Of a DNA stretch of 64,000 nt, positions 12,177 to 24,630 are shown piece after piece. Source of the DNA: Camelus dromedarius (taxonomy: Eukaryota); NCBI RefSeq assembly GCF_036321535.1, contig NC_087447.1, positions 52,702,001 to 52,766,000 of the forward strand. The letters run 5' to 3'. A program made the translations under genes and the position numbers. Position 1 is the first letter of the stretch, and each line of letters begins with the position of its first letter. The notes under the pieces were generated by a model. That model had not been told where the DNA came from and did not search any database. It saw nothing but the letters and a program-made list of their open reading frames with translations.

Positions 12177-12720
12177 TGTGACGGTTAATTTTCTGTGTCA
12201 ATTTGGCTAGGCTGTGGTGCCAGTTATTTGGCCAAACACTAATCTAGATATTGCTTTGAAGATTTTTTTTTTCAGATATGATTAACATTTACATTCAGTT
12301 GACTTTAAGCAGATTACCCTTCATAATGTGAGTGGGCCTCACCCAGTCAGCTGAAGGCCTTCAAAGCCAAGACTGAGGTTTTCCAAGGAGGAAGCAATTC
12401 TGCCTCAAGATTCGACATAGAATCCTGCCTGAGTTTCCAACTTGCCTCCTCTGCCCTGCTCTGCTCTGCAGATTTTGGACTCAAGACTGCAACTTCAGCT
12501 CTTGCTTGTACCTTCGGCCTTCTGGCCTGCCCTACAGATTTCAGCCCCCTATTGTGGGAGCCAATTCCTTAAAGTAAATTTCTGTCTCTGTCTCTGTGTA
12601 TACACCCACGTGTACACATGGATATATGTCCATTTGTAGGTGTATACTATATATAGATGTGTATACAGACATATACACCCTAATGCTTCCAGAACTCCTG
12701 TGGGGAAACCTGTATAGGAC
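12177..12720 (+). mobile_element. MLT2-type ERVL solo LTR
   Basis: Starts tgtgacggttaattttctgtgtcaatttggctagg; contains cagattacccttcataatgtgagtgggcctc, ggactcaagactgcaac and gagccaattccttaaagtaaat, then a decayed RY microsatellite. Confidence 0.88.
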
Positions 12721-15329
12721 TGAGGACTCGATTATTCTGAGCAAGTGACACTTCTCCTTTCCCCAGGGCCATCTCCATCAGGGTTTTTCAGGAAGAAAAC
12801 AGAGAGTACGAGAAAGGGAGTTTCCAGAACCACAATGAGTGTGATGAATCAGCTGCTCAGCCTTGGGGTGGGAAGAAATGGAAATCAGAAGGGGCTGCTC
12901 TCAGGAGACAGGCGGCCCCTCTGTGCCTTCAATCATTCTCGGGGAAGGTCCTGGGAAATGGAAACATGGCCAGTGATGGGTTTTCTGGGAAGGAGGACAC
13001 TGACTGGCCCAGGTGCCCCTCCCCCATCTACCTAAGTTACTGAGATGTGTCCAAGTTGGGATGAGATGCGGAAAAGAGGGCGTAACAGGGAAAAGCTGGT
13101 GGTGATGGCTCCGGGCTGGCTCTGCCCAATCCTGAGACGTGAGTGCTGCCCTGTGCCGGGGGTGGGTGGGTAGGTCCCAGCCTCCAACGTTTAATGACCT
13201 CCCAGGAGCAGCAAACACCGATAGATGCCTGATGAGGACCGGACAGGCTCATTTAGTCTTGTCAAGGATACTGTGAAGGAGGAATGACCACATCGATTTA
13301 CAGACGAGAAGACTCAGAGAAGCAAAGTAGCCAAGATGGAACTGGAGCTCAGTGGAATTGAAGGGCCATGAAAATTCCCCTCTGCTTGGTCCTTTCTTGG
13401 CTCATGTTCTGCTCTGAATAGAACAACTGGTTGGTATAATTCTGACTCCACCTCCCAGCTATTCAGCAACCAGCTGCGTGAGCAGGGACAATGACACGCT
13501 GCCTCTGGACAGCAGTGTCCTCTGTCAAGTGCCTGCCTTTCACGATGATGTCAAGCATGAAATGAAGGCGTGCTGCCTAGTTCTTGGTTGGCACTCGGTG
13601 AGCAGAGGTGATGGTGGCTTTGTTATACTTCCCCAGCTCAGTGATATGGATGCCCTGGAACAGGATTTCGCGCCTATGAAGATGCACCCAAATGGCTCCA
13701 CGACCCTCAGCAGAGGTTACACCACCCCCTGCAGCTCCTCCCATTCTCAAGGGATCATGAGACACCGGCTCCATCAGGGAGTTTTTGCACCAGGGTGGGA
13801 GGGGTGGGGGAGTGTGAAAATTAGGAAACAGAATCGCTGTGTGAACTCATTAAATGTGCGCCTGCTTGCATCTCCGCGTGCTTCTCCTGTTCCCACTTTG
13901 GGTCTTGTGCCTATTATTAACCACAATGCTCAGAGAGGAAACGTGCACCTCATCCCAGGAACATATTGTGGGGGGCAGAGGCTTCCTAATATGGTGTAAT
14001 CAACAAGTGTTTTAAAGGGTCCCACCTCTGAAGTAGAAGCTGACTCAAAACCCATCGTGGGCTCCCCACTGCCTGGAGAATGCACCATAAGCTCCTAGAT
14101 GGACATGCAGGGCCTTTATGACTAAGGTCGCAGATCTCCTTCCCACTAGCTCTCCACTCTCCTGTTACAAATAATCTAGCCCATAGGCGCCCCAACATTA
14201 ACCCAATGACTTGGCCCACGTGGTGGCTTGGATCAGAGTCATCACTGCCTGAAGCCCTCCCCACTACATCCTTGCTCATCAGGTGCCTATCCGGTCCTCA
14301 CAGTCCTCCCCAAAGGCTTCCTTATCTGCCAAGCCAGTCTGGACTCCCCAGTCCAAAGTACATCCCCTTCGCCCAAAGTCCCAAAGCTCTTGGCTCATCT
14401 GTCTCCCACAGCACTTACTGTACTACATGACAAACTGTCACTTTCCTGTAAGTTTCTCATCCCTTCTTCCTGTCTTGCTCGCTGCCAGTTTCAGGTCGGA
14501 TTCTCCAGTAGCAGCTATCTACCGGGCTGCTGGGGGGTTTGTAAGCCACCCCATCTCCCATCAGAATCCCAACATTCTAGCCGAGGGCCCTGAACCTTGG
14601 TGTCCCACACTCAGTTTCCACTCCACTGTGTCACTTTCCCCAGTGCCCTGGAGCCTTTTCATGTCCAGGACTGTCTCCTTAGTCAGGCAGACTCCTCCTT
14701 TTGGGAAGAGGCTGCGTCTCATTCTTCTCTGAACCCAAAACCCAGCGCTAGGAACACAGTGGGTTTTGAGAAATACCTCTTAACTATGCAAGAAATTAGG
14801 AAATAACCTAATCAGTTAGTTAAAAAAGAAAAAACAAAGTGTATCATCAGCTCCTTGAGAGTGGGGGCCGCATCTTAGTTTTCTCTTTTCCCTTTAATGC
14901 TTTGGCTGCAGAACATGCTCAATAAAAGATAGGAGTTGCCCTGAACTGAACTATACTCAAATCTTGATACTTAAAACAGATCATTAATCTCTGCAAGCTG
15001 TCATTCACCTCCAGCCTTAGTGAAATGAGGTTCTGTAAGTCAGCCAGAAGGTGAGGCAAAAAGACTAGGTTGACAATTTCAAGTGCCACAGAAATAGATA
15101 ATTTTAATGGATACAGTCTTTCTACAGAAATAAAATACTATGATTGAGACAGAGGCCAAGTGTTTCACCACTGGATGATATGAAGTTTAATTTGAATCAA
15201 TGAGGAAGGTCTACAAGTCAATTACCTTTCATTTCATTCCTGTGCAGTAAATGAAAATTTCAGGCCAGCAGCAAAAGTGCTTTGGAAAGAGTGCTTTTAC
15301 GATTTATCCATTCACACATCACCACTGCC

Positions 15330-15555
15330 ACAGCAAACATATATAAAACACTTTCATATTTGATTAGCTCATTGAGTTGAAGTCCATCTCAATTTAAAGT
15401 TCACAGTGAGTTAAGCAAACCTGTGTGTTTAGTCCCATTATCATTCCCATTTTACAGCTGAGAAAACTGAGTCTTAGTGAATTTCTGCACCTTACCCAAA
15501 GCCACTCATATATCCAACAAGGGCAGAGTCAGAATTTGAAATGAATTTTTTAAGC
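15330..15555 (-). mobile_element. MIR SINE
   Basis: attatcattcccattttacagctgagaaaactgagtcttag...cttacccaaagccac...gcagagtcagaatttgaa. Confidence 0.8.
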
Positions 15556-16064
15556 CCTCCTCCATCCTCCCCACCATAAGTCCTATGGCCTTTGCACAAA
15601 GCCAGGCCTACTTAAGGAAGCAACAGAAGATGGGGTGGTGGTAAAAGGCAGCTTGGGGCAGGAATCTAAGCCCGGTGATATGTAACCAGGTACTTCAGAG
15701 GCCTCCATGTGTCTCCAAAGAGGAAATTCCACCACTGTCCTTTAAATGCCACAAATGGAAAGTGAGAGCTAAAGGTTTTCAGGCTATGCTCCCAGGGCAC
15801 ATGATTTAGGAAGGGACTGCCTCAGCGTGTTAATGACCCGACCAAGCCCCCTCAGTCACCCAGAGGACCCGGGGTAGGTTAGCATGGGGATATTGTTTGA
15901 AAAACCTCCTTGGCAAGATGCCTCTTCCGCTTGTTTTCTGGATACCAAACCATTTCTTTTTCTCAGACTCATCCCAACATGCAGCCAGAACTTTCATTTC
16001 AGTGCCCTGGGCTCAGCAAGGATAGGAGAGATGTCCTCCAGACCGACTTCTCTTGGAAAAGTGA

Positions 16065-17110
16065 GACATTCAGTCATTTGTTCATTCATTCATTCATCAA
16101 ATACTCGCTAAGCACTTCTGATATCCCAACTTCAGTCACCAAAAATGTCAAGCTTTTGTTTTGGTGCAGAGATGGCAAATTAAGTAGAAAACAGAAGACG
16201 TGGGGAGCTACCACAGAAAGTGTCTTGGGGCAGGTGCAGGGGTAGGCAGACAGGCGGCCTGTCTTTATGCTAGGGAGGAGGGGTGGTCAAGGAAGCCCTC
16301 TTAGAGGAGGTGACACTTGAGTGAAGATTTGGAAAACTGACAGAAGCAGCCATGTACAGAGCTGGGGGCAGAGCACTCCTAACAGCAGAAGAAATGCAAA
16401 ACCTTGAGGCGGGAAGGTGTTGGCTTTTTCCAGTAACAGTAAGAATGCCAGTGTGTCAGAGGCCAGGTTAGCAGAGAAGATGAGGAGATGAGATCAGAAG
16501 TTGGCAGGGCAGGCTGAGAAGGCTGTGCAGGTCTCAGCAAGGAATCTGGTTTTTATTCTGAGTGTTCTGGGAAGCCACGGGAACGTTTTACAGAAAGGAG
16601 TGACAGGAGCTGATGAACATTTTTAAAAGGTCTCTCCAGCTGTCTTGCAGGAATAAATAGCAGAAAGGCCAGCGATGAGGGGAGGGAGGCTGTGCTAAAC
16701 CCGCCGAGCAAGGGGTGAAAGGGGTTTGGGCTAAAATGACAGGAAAATAAAGGGAAGCGGAGAGAGGCAGGTGACTGCATGCCGGTGAACATTTAACAAG
16801 CCGCTCTCAGGGGGAAAAGCCCTGTTTGCCAATTTCCCTGGTGTAAATACTCCCACCATGGCTGATTCCAACGTGACACCAAGGAACGCAGAGCTGGAAA
16901 GACCTGTTCTGAAGCCACTCTGGCAAGCTGGGGGCACCGGCCAGCGCAGCGCTGGGCTCGGGGTGGACCTGGCAGACTTGCTCAGGGCCTGGCCGTGGGA
17001 TGAGGGAAGTGGAGGGATGAAGGGGGACTTCTAGGATTTGGGCTCCAGTGACAGGAAGGATGGAGAAGCCACTTCTGGAATCACTGGCCTCTGTCCATCC
17101 CCTGGCCTCC
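16065..17110 (-). mobile_element. L2 LINE (3' part), interrupted by a MER63-like element
   Basis: ttcattcattcattcatcaaatact (antisense L2 tail); ggtcaaggaagccctcttagaggaggtgacacttgag; ttttattctgagtgttctgggaagccacgg; resumes after ~16960. Confidence 0.8.
16775..16955. mobile_element. MER63A-like DNA element
   Basis: gccggtgaacatttaacaagccgctctc...tttgccaatttccctggtgtaaatactcccaccatggctgattcc. Confidence 0.75.
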
Positions 17111-18709
17111 GAGCTCCTGACACACAGGAGGCTGTGGGGGAAGAGGGCTCTGGGCTCCCTGAGAGCTGACCCCAGGCCTGGTCCCTCTGTTTCCTCAGCA
17201 CCCAGGGCTCAGCCTGGTACACAGACAGAACTTACAAAGGACAAATCCAAGAACCAGAGACCTTGGCTTCTTCATCTGCAAAATGGGGCAGTGACACTAA
17301 CACACTCTAAGGGTCCCTGTGAGAATCAAACAGGAACTAATATAACAGCCACCAGAGTTGAGAGCGATGGGGCCCACAGGTCACATCAGGGCCTCACATC
17401 AGCCTCGTGATGTTTTACCAGCCCATTTGACGGATGAAAGAATGAAGCTCAGAAGCCATTAAACCACGTGTCCAAACCCATTAAGCTAATATGTGGCAGA
17501 GTCAGATTCGAACAGCCCCAGGCAGTCAGACTGACATGCTCAGTTGCTGGGGCCACCCCAGCCAAGGGCTGGTCAGTTTCCACTCTCTCATCGGGAACAG
17601 CAGAAGCCACACAGGGCCATGGGGACACATCAGCCACCCCTGCTTTGCCAGTTCTGCAGGGGAAACAACATGCGTGAAACCCAGGCAAGAATTGGGAGCC
17701 AGAGCTTTTCCTCTCCTGACCAGGAAGGAGGGAAAGAGAGGCCCACCAGGACAGAATAGCATTTCCTCGCCCCATTTAGGATGAATGATTCCAAGTGAGA
17801 AAAAGCGTAGGGATGGAGGCATGGCCGCTGGGCTGGAAAAAGCTCTAATTGTGCTCAGCACAATGGCGAGTGTGTTCCCTGGTGGAGACGGCCTGACCTG
17901 TCCCTGATTGACAAGTGGATTCTTTTTCACCCTTTTGCATGGGCAGCATTATTTTCTCAGGGTGATGGAGATTTATGAGCCCAGGTCTTGGGATTAGAGT
18001 CTCGAGGATGGACTCTGCTCTAGCTACTCAAGGATCATGAGCAAGTAGTTCAGGGAAGCTCCCTGCATCTCCACTTTCTCAGCTGTAAAATGGGGGCACA
18101 GCAGAGTCCTCACCTCCGAGGGCTGTAGTGAAGGCGGAGGGGGCTCACAGGGTGGGTCAGGAGGAGAGCTGGGATGCAAATCACATCAAGAGGCATTCCC
18201 TTCCTCCCCAGTGTCTGCTACTATGATGTAAGTAAACGGAGCAGAGGGAAAAAGAACAGGATGGGGAAAAAGTCCCATCCACTCACTTCCACATGTTATA
18301 CAAATGTAAGTGCCATATGAGTTCCCTCTCACCCTGGGAAGGCTATAAATTGTTGGATGCCAAACACAGCTTAATGGCCCTGGTAAATCACAGCTTTTCC
18401 TGCAATGACTGGTCAGGGGAGCCTCCCGGGGCCTGAGAAGCTTAGCCTGCCCACTGAGCTCTCAGAGGGTCCAGCCAGCACTCTCCCATTCAACTGGAGG
18501 TGGTGGGGGCTCCGAGCAGCATCCCCGCTTTGCCATACAATGGTGGCAGTTCCAGCAGCCTCTGCTACTCATGTGAAGAGGACACTTGTTCTGAAGTCAC
18601 TGTCGCTGAGAAACTTGTCAGATTTTGGTGCTCAGGTGCACCACAGCAAAAACCCAATCAGCCTCAGGAAAGGATGATTTGCATTATAACAGGATGCTTT
18701 GCTTTAACA

Positions 18710-18930
18710 ACAATTGATGCTGTTTGCTAAGCTCCTACTCAGAGCCAGACACAAATCTGATCCTCAAGCTACCTGTAAAGTAGGTTTATTGATTATTATC
18801 CCCATTGTACAGCTAAAGAAACTGAGACCAGAGAAGTTAAGTAATTCACCAAGATCAACACAGCAAGGAAGTAGCAGAGCTGGGATGTGACCCAAGGAAG
18901 CCCAACATCAGAAGCCAAAGCCTCAGCCAC
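18710..18930 (-). mobile_element. MIR SINE
   Basis: attatccccattgtacagctaaagaaactgagaccagagaagttaagtaattcaccaagatcaacacagc...gcagagctgggat. Confidence 0.85.
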
Positions 18931-19934
18931 CCCCCGGCCGCCTCTTCAGCTCCTCCGGTGCTGGAGTGGTTTATTTCCAGGTGAGAGACTGGATTGTGAG
19001 GCTAGGAGCCCAGTATTTAGCGTAGAGGGCTGAGGGCACAAATCAAATGTCTTCACAGGCCAGAAAGCAGGTCTGGCCTCTGTTTCAAAGAGACAACTTG
19101 AAGTGGTAGGCAGTGTGGCAAACCACAGAGGCATGCAGTGTCTCAGCTCCACGTGGTCAGATGAAAATGAGGGCCCAGTCCCCATGTCTTCTTTTTTCAA
19201 AATAGCTGAACAACCTAAATTTCCATGTGAAATATCTAAAGAAACAATAGGCCAACAATACGCAGGCCCACCAAAATCCACCTGGGGGTCCAGGGTGGCC
19301 TTCAGGTAGAAGTTTGCAACCTCTGTTGTCACTCTGCAGTTTATAAGCAGTCTTCACACCCCTTGCCTCCTTTTGCTTGGATAGCCAATGTTGTTATGCC
19401 CCCATTTCACTGATGAATGAGTTGAGATCAAGAGCTTAGAAATGCTTGATTATTAGGGACCATGAAGATACGGCCGGTCTCACTTTGTTGTCCCGGGCAA
19501 GCACCCCACAGTCTCAGCTTCCACACCTCCTCCAGGGCCAGGGAGCTCACTCCTTGGACAGCTACTCGAATCATTTTTAAGCAGTTCTAATCTTGAGAAA
19601 GTCATCTGAACTTCCACCTGCCCATCCCACTCTGGAATGCTGGAGTTACGTCCAATTCCTGGTCCCTGTGACAGGCTTTTCCAACCAGACAGCAGTGAAC
19701 ATGCCAGAGGAACAAAGCAGAATTTTCACTGAACACTCCCAAGTCAATAAGCTCAGTGTTCAGAACTTAACACACATGCTGTCACTGAATCCTCAGAAGA
19801 GCACAGCACAGTAGGCTTCCCTATTGCCATGTGGAACTAAGGTGCAGGGAGGCCGAATACCCTCCCCAAGGTCACAGTTGGCATACAATGCCAAGGGGAT
19901 TCAAAACAAGGTCTGCCCGATTCCTTGACCACCT

Positions 19935-20005
19935 TTCCATCTATCCATCCATCCATCCATCTACCCATCCATTCATCCATCATCATCCGTCCTCCATCCA
20001 TCCAA
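19935..20005. repeat. Imperfect (TCCA)n tandem repeat at an antisense L2 tail
   Basis: tccatctatccatccatccatccatctacccatccattcatccat...caacagatattttttgagaacttactatg. Confidence 0.85.
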
Positions 20006-20439
20006 CAGATATTTTTTGAGAACTTACTATGTATCAGGCACTGGCTCCTGATACAGAAGCATCTACCATACCACTTCTCATCACCTTCTTTTTCAGGCGA
20101 AGACACCTGAGCTCTCCCATCTGCCCTTGATGTGGTCAAGTTGCTGGGCCCTTCTCCTTCCCTGACTTGTTAGTACCAGTGTCAATGTGCCTATTGTTAC
20201 TGCCTGGAATGGAGGGCGATCTTTGAACAGACCCTGAACAAGCATGTGGCTGGCAGTGTCCCCTCCCTGACTTGGGTTCTCTCCTTTTCTTGATGGAGCT
20301 AATGTTCATATCAGCTTTTCTGGCAGCCTTCCCACAAGCAACTTTTCAACCAAAACCGTGAAAATTGTTTTCACAGCTGCTGCTGTTAAACCATGTCTGG
20401 TCTTGGGATATTGAGTTTAAAGACCCAAGAAAAACAGAA

Positions 20440-20630
20440 CAACTCCTACCATCTATTGAGTCAATTCTTTGTGCTAAACATCTTACAAACATTTTAAAAT
20501 TTATATGATTATTTCCATTTCCCAGCAAGAAAAGTGAGGCACAGAGAGGTTAGGTGACTTGCCTATGATTATTCAGCCAGTAAGTCATGGAGTTGTGATA
20601 TGAGTCCATAGCTGTCTGACTCCAGGGCTT
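20440..20630 (-). mobile_element. MIR SINE
   Basis: aaaagtgaggcacagagaggttaggtgacttgcc...cagccagtaagt...gtctgactccaggg. Confidence 0.8.
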
Positions 20631-21344
20631 ATGTATTATTCCCAATGGGTTTCACATTCATACCTATTAAATTTCCTCTCCTTTGAACAGGACTATTTCT
20701 TTGGACTGTTGTCTTTGATCTAATATCCTGGTGACTCGTTCTGCCTTTCTTAGCACAAAGAATAATCTGTCTAAGTCAGCTACAGTTCCTGAGCACGTCA
20801 ACGCTGAGCACGGCAAACACCATTGACTACCTAACCGGGCTTGCGGCAGACAGTAAACAGAGTGACAGTCCCAACAAAAACAAGCACCAGAACCAATGAG
20901 CAGATCCCAGCCACCTTCCAAGTAAAGAGCGGCTGCTAACCGTGGAAATGTCTTACAGTATCACGTACAGCCCAGCGGGACTCAGCTGGATCTCCATGTG
21001 GGCCTGTCTGGAGGTGCTCAACAATGTCTCTGAACGTGATTGTCCTGGGTTACCGCTGTGTCCCCTGACTTAGTCCATGTGTCAGAAGATGCCTACACGT
21101 TCACAGCAAGAGACACCAAAAAGTAATTATCACACAGCCTCCAACCTGGAATCCCAGGCTCCCCTCCCTGGTCCACTTTCCCTCTGCGCCCTGAGTACTG
21201 TCTAATCCAGGCCCTGCTGAAAATCTTTCCCTGGCTGTCCATCACCTTCAGGGTAAAATTCCATCCTCACTGTATGCTCTCAGAGGCCCCTAGGGAGTTG
21301 GCCCTGCCTGTCACCAAACATCCCCAGGAAACTACTCTGCAGCT

Positions 21345-21600
21345 TAGTATTTACCAAAGTACATTCCAAGGAATCCTCCTCTTTAAAGATGGTTGAAATG
21401 TCCTGCAGAGTCAGTAAGTCTAGGAAATGCTGCAAACAATTTCATGATCTAGAAAAAAATCACAATAAACATTAGCAAGCTGCCTATGGCTGAAAAGTCC
21501 TATCATAAAAAAAAATCTATTTAACTTTAAGCCTAAATTTCTCATTTGGTGGCAGAACCTCATATCTGAATAACACCCATTAAATCCCCAAGGGAATGAT
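21345..21600. mobile_element. MER103-like hAT-Charlie element
   Basis: taagtctaggaaatgctgca...aacattagca...ggctgaaaagtcctatc...aatctatttaacttt. Confidence 0.55.
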
Positions 21601-23269
21601 TTTTTTGATTCACTGGTGATGTCACCGATTTCCCACTGTTTCTTTCGTGCCTTTAGGCTGCTGCATTATGCTGTCCCTACAACAAATACCTCATTCCTCT
21701 TTCAACACCTACAACACTCTTATTCATACTTCAAAGCCTGGTTCAACTTACAAGCCCCTGAAAAATATTCCTGTAAACTTCAGGCTTGATTTTATTCTTG
21801 CCATGATGATAGCACGTATCTCCAGACTTGTAAAAAGCTGGTCGCTTGCCAACAACAGGCACCAGGCCTGGTTTTTCCCCTAGAAACACTAGTGTCTGGC
21901 ACAGTTCCTAGAATAGAGGTCCAGAGTCACTGTGTGATGGAATAGATGAGTCCATGAATGAACAAGAAGGTAAAGAAGTCCATATTTACCATAGGAATGT
22001 GGTTCGGCTTGGCCCAGCTACAGAACCATGCCAGGGATCTCGCTGCCATGACTGGAGCCCCCCAACCCCCCACCCCTGGTAAAGTGATCTGATCTCAAGA
22101 CAACGGCTGCCACTCTCAGAGAGAGTCAACAGGTCACCTCAGGAAGATTCAAAATAGATGCCATCCGGCTACATCACTTGGCGTTGCTAGGAAACAGCTA
22201 GTTTGCTACAAGGCAGGTTGATGAGCATTATGGAGAAGAAACAAACTAAGAAATGGCTGCGTCTTCTCACCCTCCCCAAACCAGCCATCAGCACAATGGC
22301 ATCGGTTTCTTATCCGGCTTAGGTGGACAGTCAAGGTCTGAAGTCAGGGTTAAAGACCTGCCTGCTCCTCAGAGGACTCTGAGAAGCACCTCTAGATGCA
22401 TGGCGGTCACTCCGCAAGCACTGAGGCCACGAAGAGCTACACTTAATTCCACCTTGGTCTTTCACTCAGAGCCTTTGTGCACCTGGCCTAGGAGGAGCCT
22501 GGAGGAGACACAGGCCTCGGTGCCTGCTGCTTCCTCTCCCGACTGTCGGTTACAAAGACCCAGGGGTTGGAGTGACTCATCGACCTAGAAGGTTGGGAGA
22601 GGTTTCCGAGGGCTTTCAAAAGGTAAGCAGGAATGACTAGGATGAAGTTTTACAGGCAGCTCCCTTTCAAGGAGGCCATCTTAGGAACTGCTTCCTCCAG
22701 GAAGCCTTCTTTGCTGACTCCTTCTCTGAACTCCCAGAGCAGTGCGCTAGGTGCCGTCACGGGGATTCTCACTCATTTCCAGATGAGCAAGCTGAAGCTC
22801 AGAGTGATCCCAACAAGTAACCGGCAGACCAGGACTTCAACCTGAGTCTGACTAACCTGCGTGCTGTGATATCAGTTAAATTTGAACTAAACAGAAAACA
22901 AACAAATGCAATATTTTATCTTTGGATATTTTCCTTCTCCTGTACATAGCAGAGTGCCTTGAGGGGTGGGACGGAAGCCTGGTTTGGGCCACAGACCCCA
23001 CATGGATAGCCATGGGATTTGGTTTCAGACCCTGCTCTGCCACTAAGGCGTTTTATTGCCTCGAGTCTCCTCTGGGCCTCTAGCTTCTGATGTCAAATTG
23101 GGATAACAAGAGCCTTCCTGTGTACTCACTTCTCTGGGTATTGGAGGATGAGTGGGTAGAGAGCTTTAAAAAGCATAACAAACTATGAATACTTAGCACA
23201 CAGTAAGTGCTCAGAAAGATTTGGCTGGTTGAATGCTTGTAAGCTATTACTGCAATGCCCTGAGGAGCC

Positions 23270-23430
23270 CAGAGAGCCAGGACTGGGTTCCCACTTGGTT
23301 TCTACCATTTTGAACAAATGACTTAATCTCTCTAAGCCTCATTACTTCCATCTGTAAAATGGGGATTATAATGCCCCCTTGATAAAACTGCTATGAAGAT
23401 GCAATAAGTTAAGGTCTATGAAGATTCAGG
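23270..23430 (+). mobile_element. MIR SINE
   Basis: tgaacaaatgacttaatctctctaagcctc...catctgtaaaatggggattataatg. Confidence 0.8.
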
Positions 23431-24002
23431 CCCAATAGGGATGCAACAGATTTGAGTTACTCTCCACCCTTCTGTCCTCTGGCTAGAACCACTGGAAGGC
23501 AGAAGCGGCCTGCTAGCTGCCTGTCACTCCTGCTGGCCAGCTGCCCAGGAGGCCCCCAGCTGCTGGGATTGGCCCGTATGCACGACAGCACTTACTCAAT
23601 CGTGCCCAGCAGGATGAGACAAACTGTAATTTCCAAGGCTGAGCCCTAGCCCCATGCAGGGACACAGCATGGAGCCACTCTGAGAAATCCACATTCAAGG
23701 CACAGTCTCCCCAGGCCCCAGGGAAACGCAATAGCTGAGGAACAAGAAGGTTACCAAGCTAATCGTTCCCCGATTAAAACAACTGGCCGAAAGCCAGCCA
23801 CGCCAGTCTCTGCAAAGTTTAAGTTCTGTCAGTAACCTACGGCGATTCTCACACCTCATGCCTGCACAGCATCGTACAATTTACCAAAGGCCTCTGCAAA
23901 CAGTACTCATTCAATAAATCCTTGCTGTGTACAGGGAATCAGCACACTAGGCATTTTTTTAAAAACTCATTTAATTGGTCAGGGCCGTCTGGAAGCAGCA
24001 GG

Positions 24003-24630
24003 TGTGTACCAGATGTTTTATGGCGACCGCACACACCATTACTACCTTCTAAGAGAAACTGTCCCCTCCACAGCCGCCATGTTTTGTACCATGTGACGTG
24101 TGGCAGCCATGTTTTGCATCATGTGATCGTGTCCCACTGTGCTCATGGCTGATTGGACCAGAGATGGGCACCTGTTCCATGCAGGGTCCAACTACTGGCT
24201 GTCTAGTAACCAGCAGTTTGTCTCACTTTGATTTCTCCTTCAAGGATTGGGAACTGGATTTAGGGAACAGAGACTGGGTAGCTAGCTAGCAGAGGGGAGA
24301 AAAACCCAAAGGAGTTACTATGAGGATGCCGAGAAGACCAGGATGGCTGGGATGGCCTTTACAAGTCAAAGCTTTCTGGGACTACATGCTATAAAAAAGC
24401 AAAGGAAATGGGTGAGGAGAGTTGAAAACAGAGTAGAAATGCCGAGAGAAACAGCAGCACTTAGAGAGAGCCACGTGGAGGCCTTAGCTATTGGCAGCTT
24501 CCCGTTGAGGGTTTCCACGATGCCCTGCTGCATTAGGGTTCTTGCCTGTGGGCTCCCGTTAAGATCCTGCTGTCACCAGGATTCCTTTCCCTGAGTTGGC
24601 CTGAGTGGGTCTCAGTTCCGTGCCATCAGT
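24003..24630 (+). mobile_element. ERVL LTR16-family-like solo LTR
   Basis: gccatgttttgtaccatgtgac (locally duplicated), ggctgattggaccagagatgggcacctg, and a 3' end ctgagttggcctgagtgggtctcagttccgtgc. Confidence 0.6.

Noticed and set aside
12590..12680. Short hairpin-like palindromes (e.g. atggatatatgtccat)
   Set aside because: Part of a decayed purine-pyrimidine microsatellite in the MLT2 LTR; not a credible miRNA hairpin.
24073..24130. Direct repeat gccatgttttg(t/c)a(c/t)catgtga x2
   Set aside because: Only two units, inside an LTR; a local duplication, not a CRISPR-like array.
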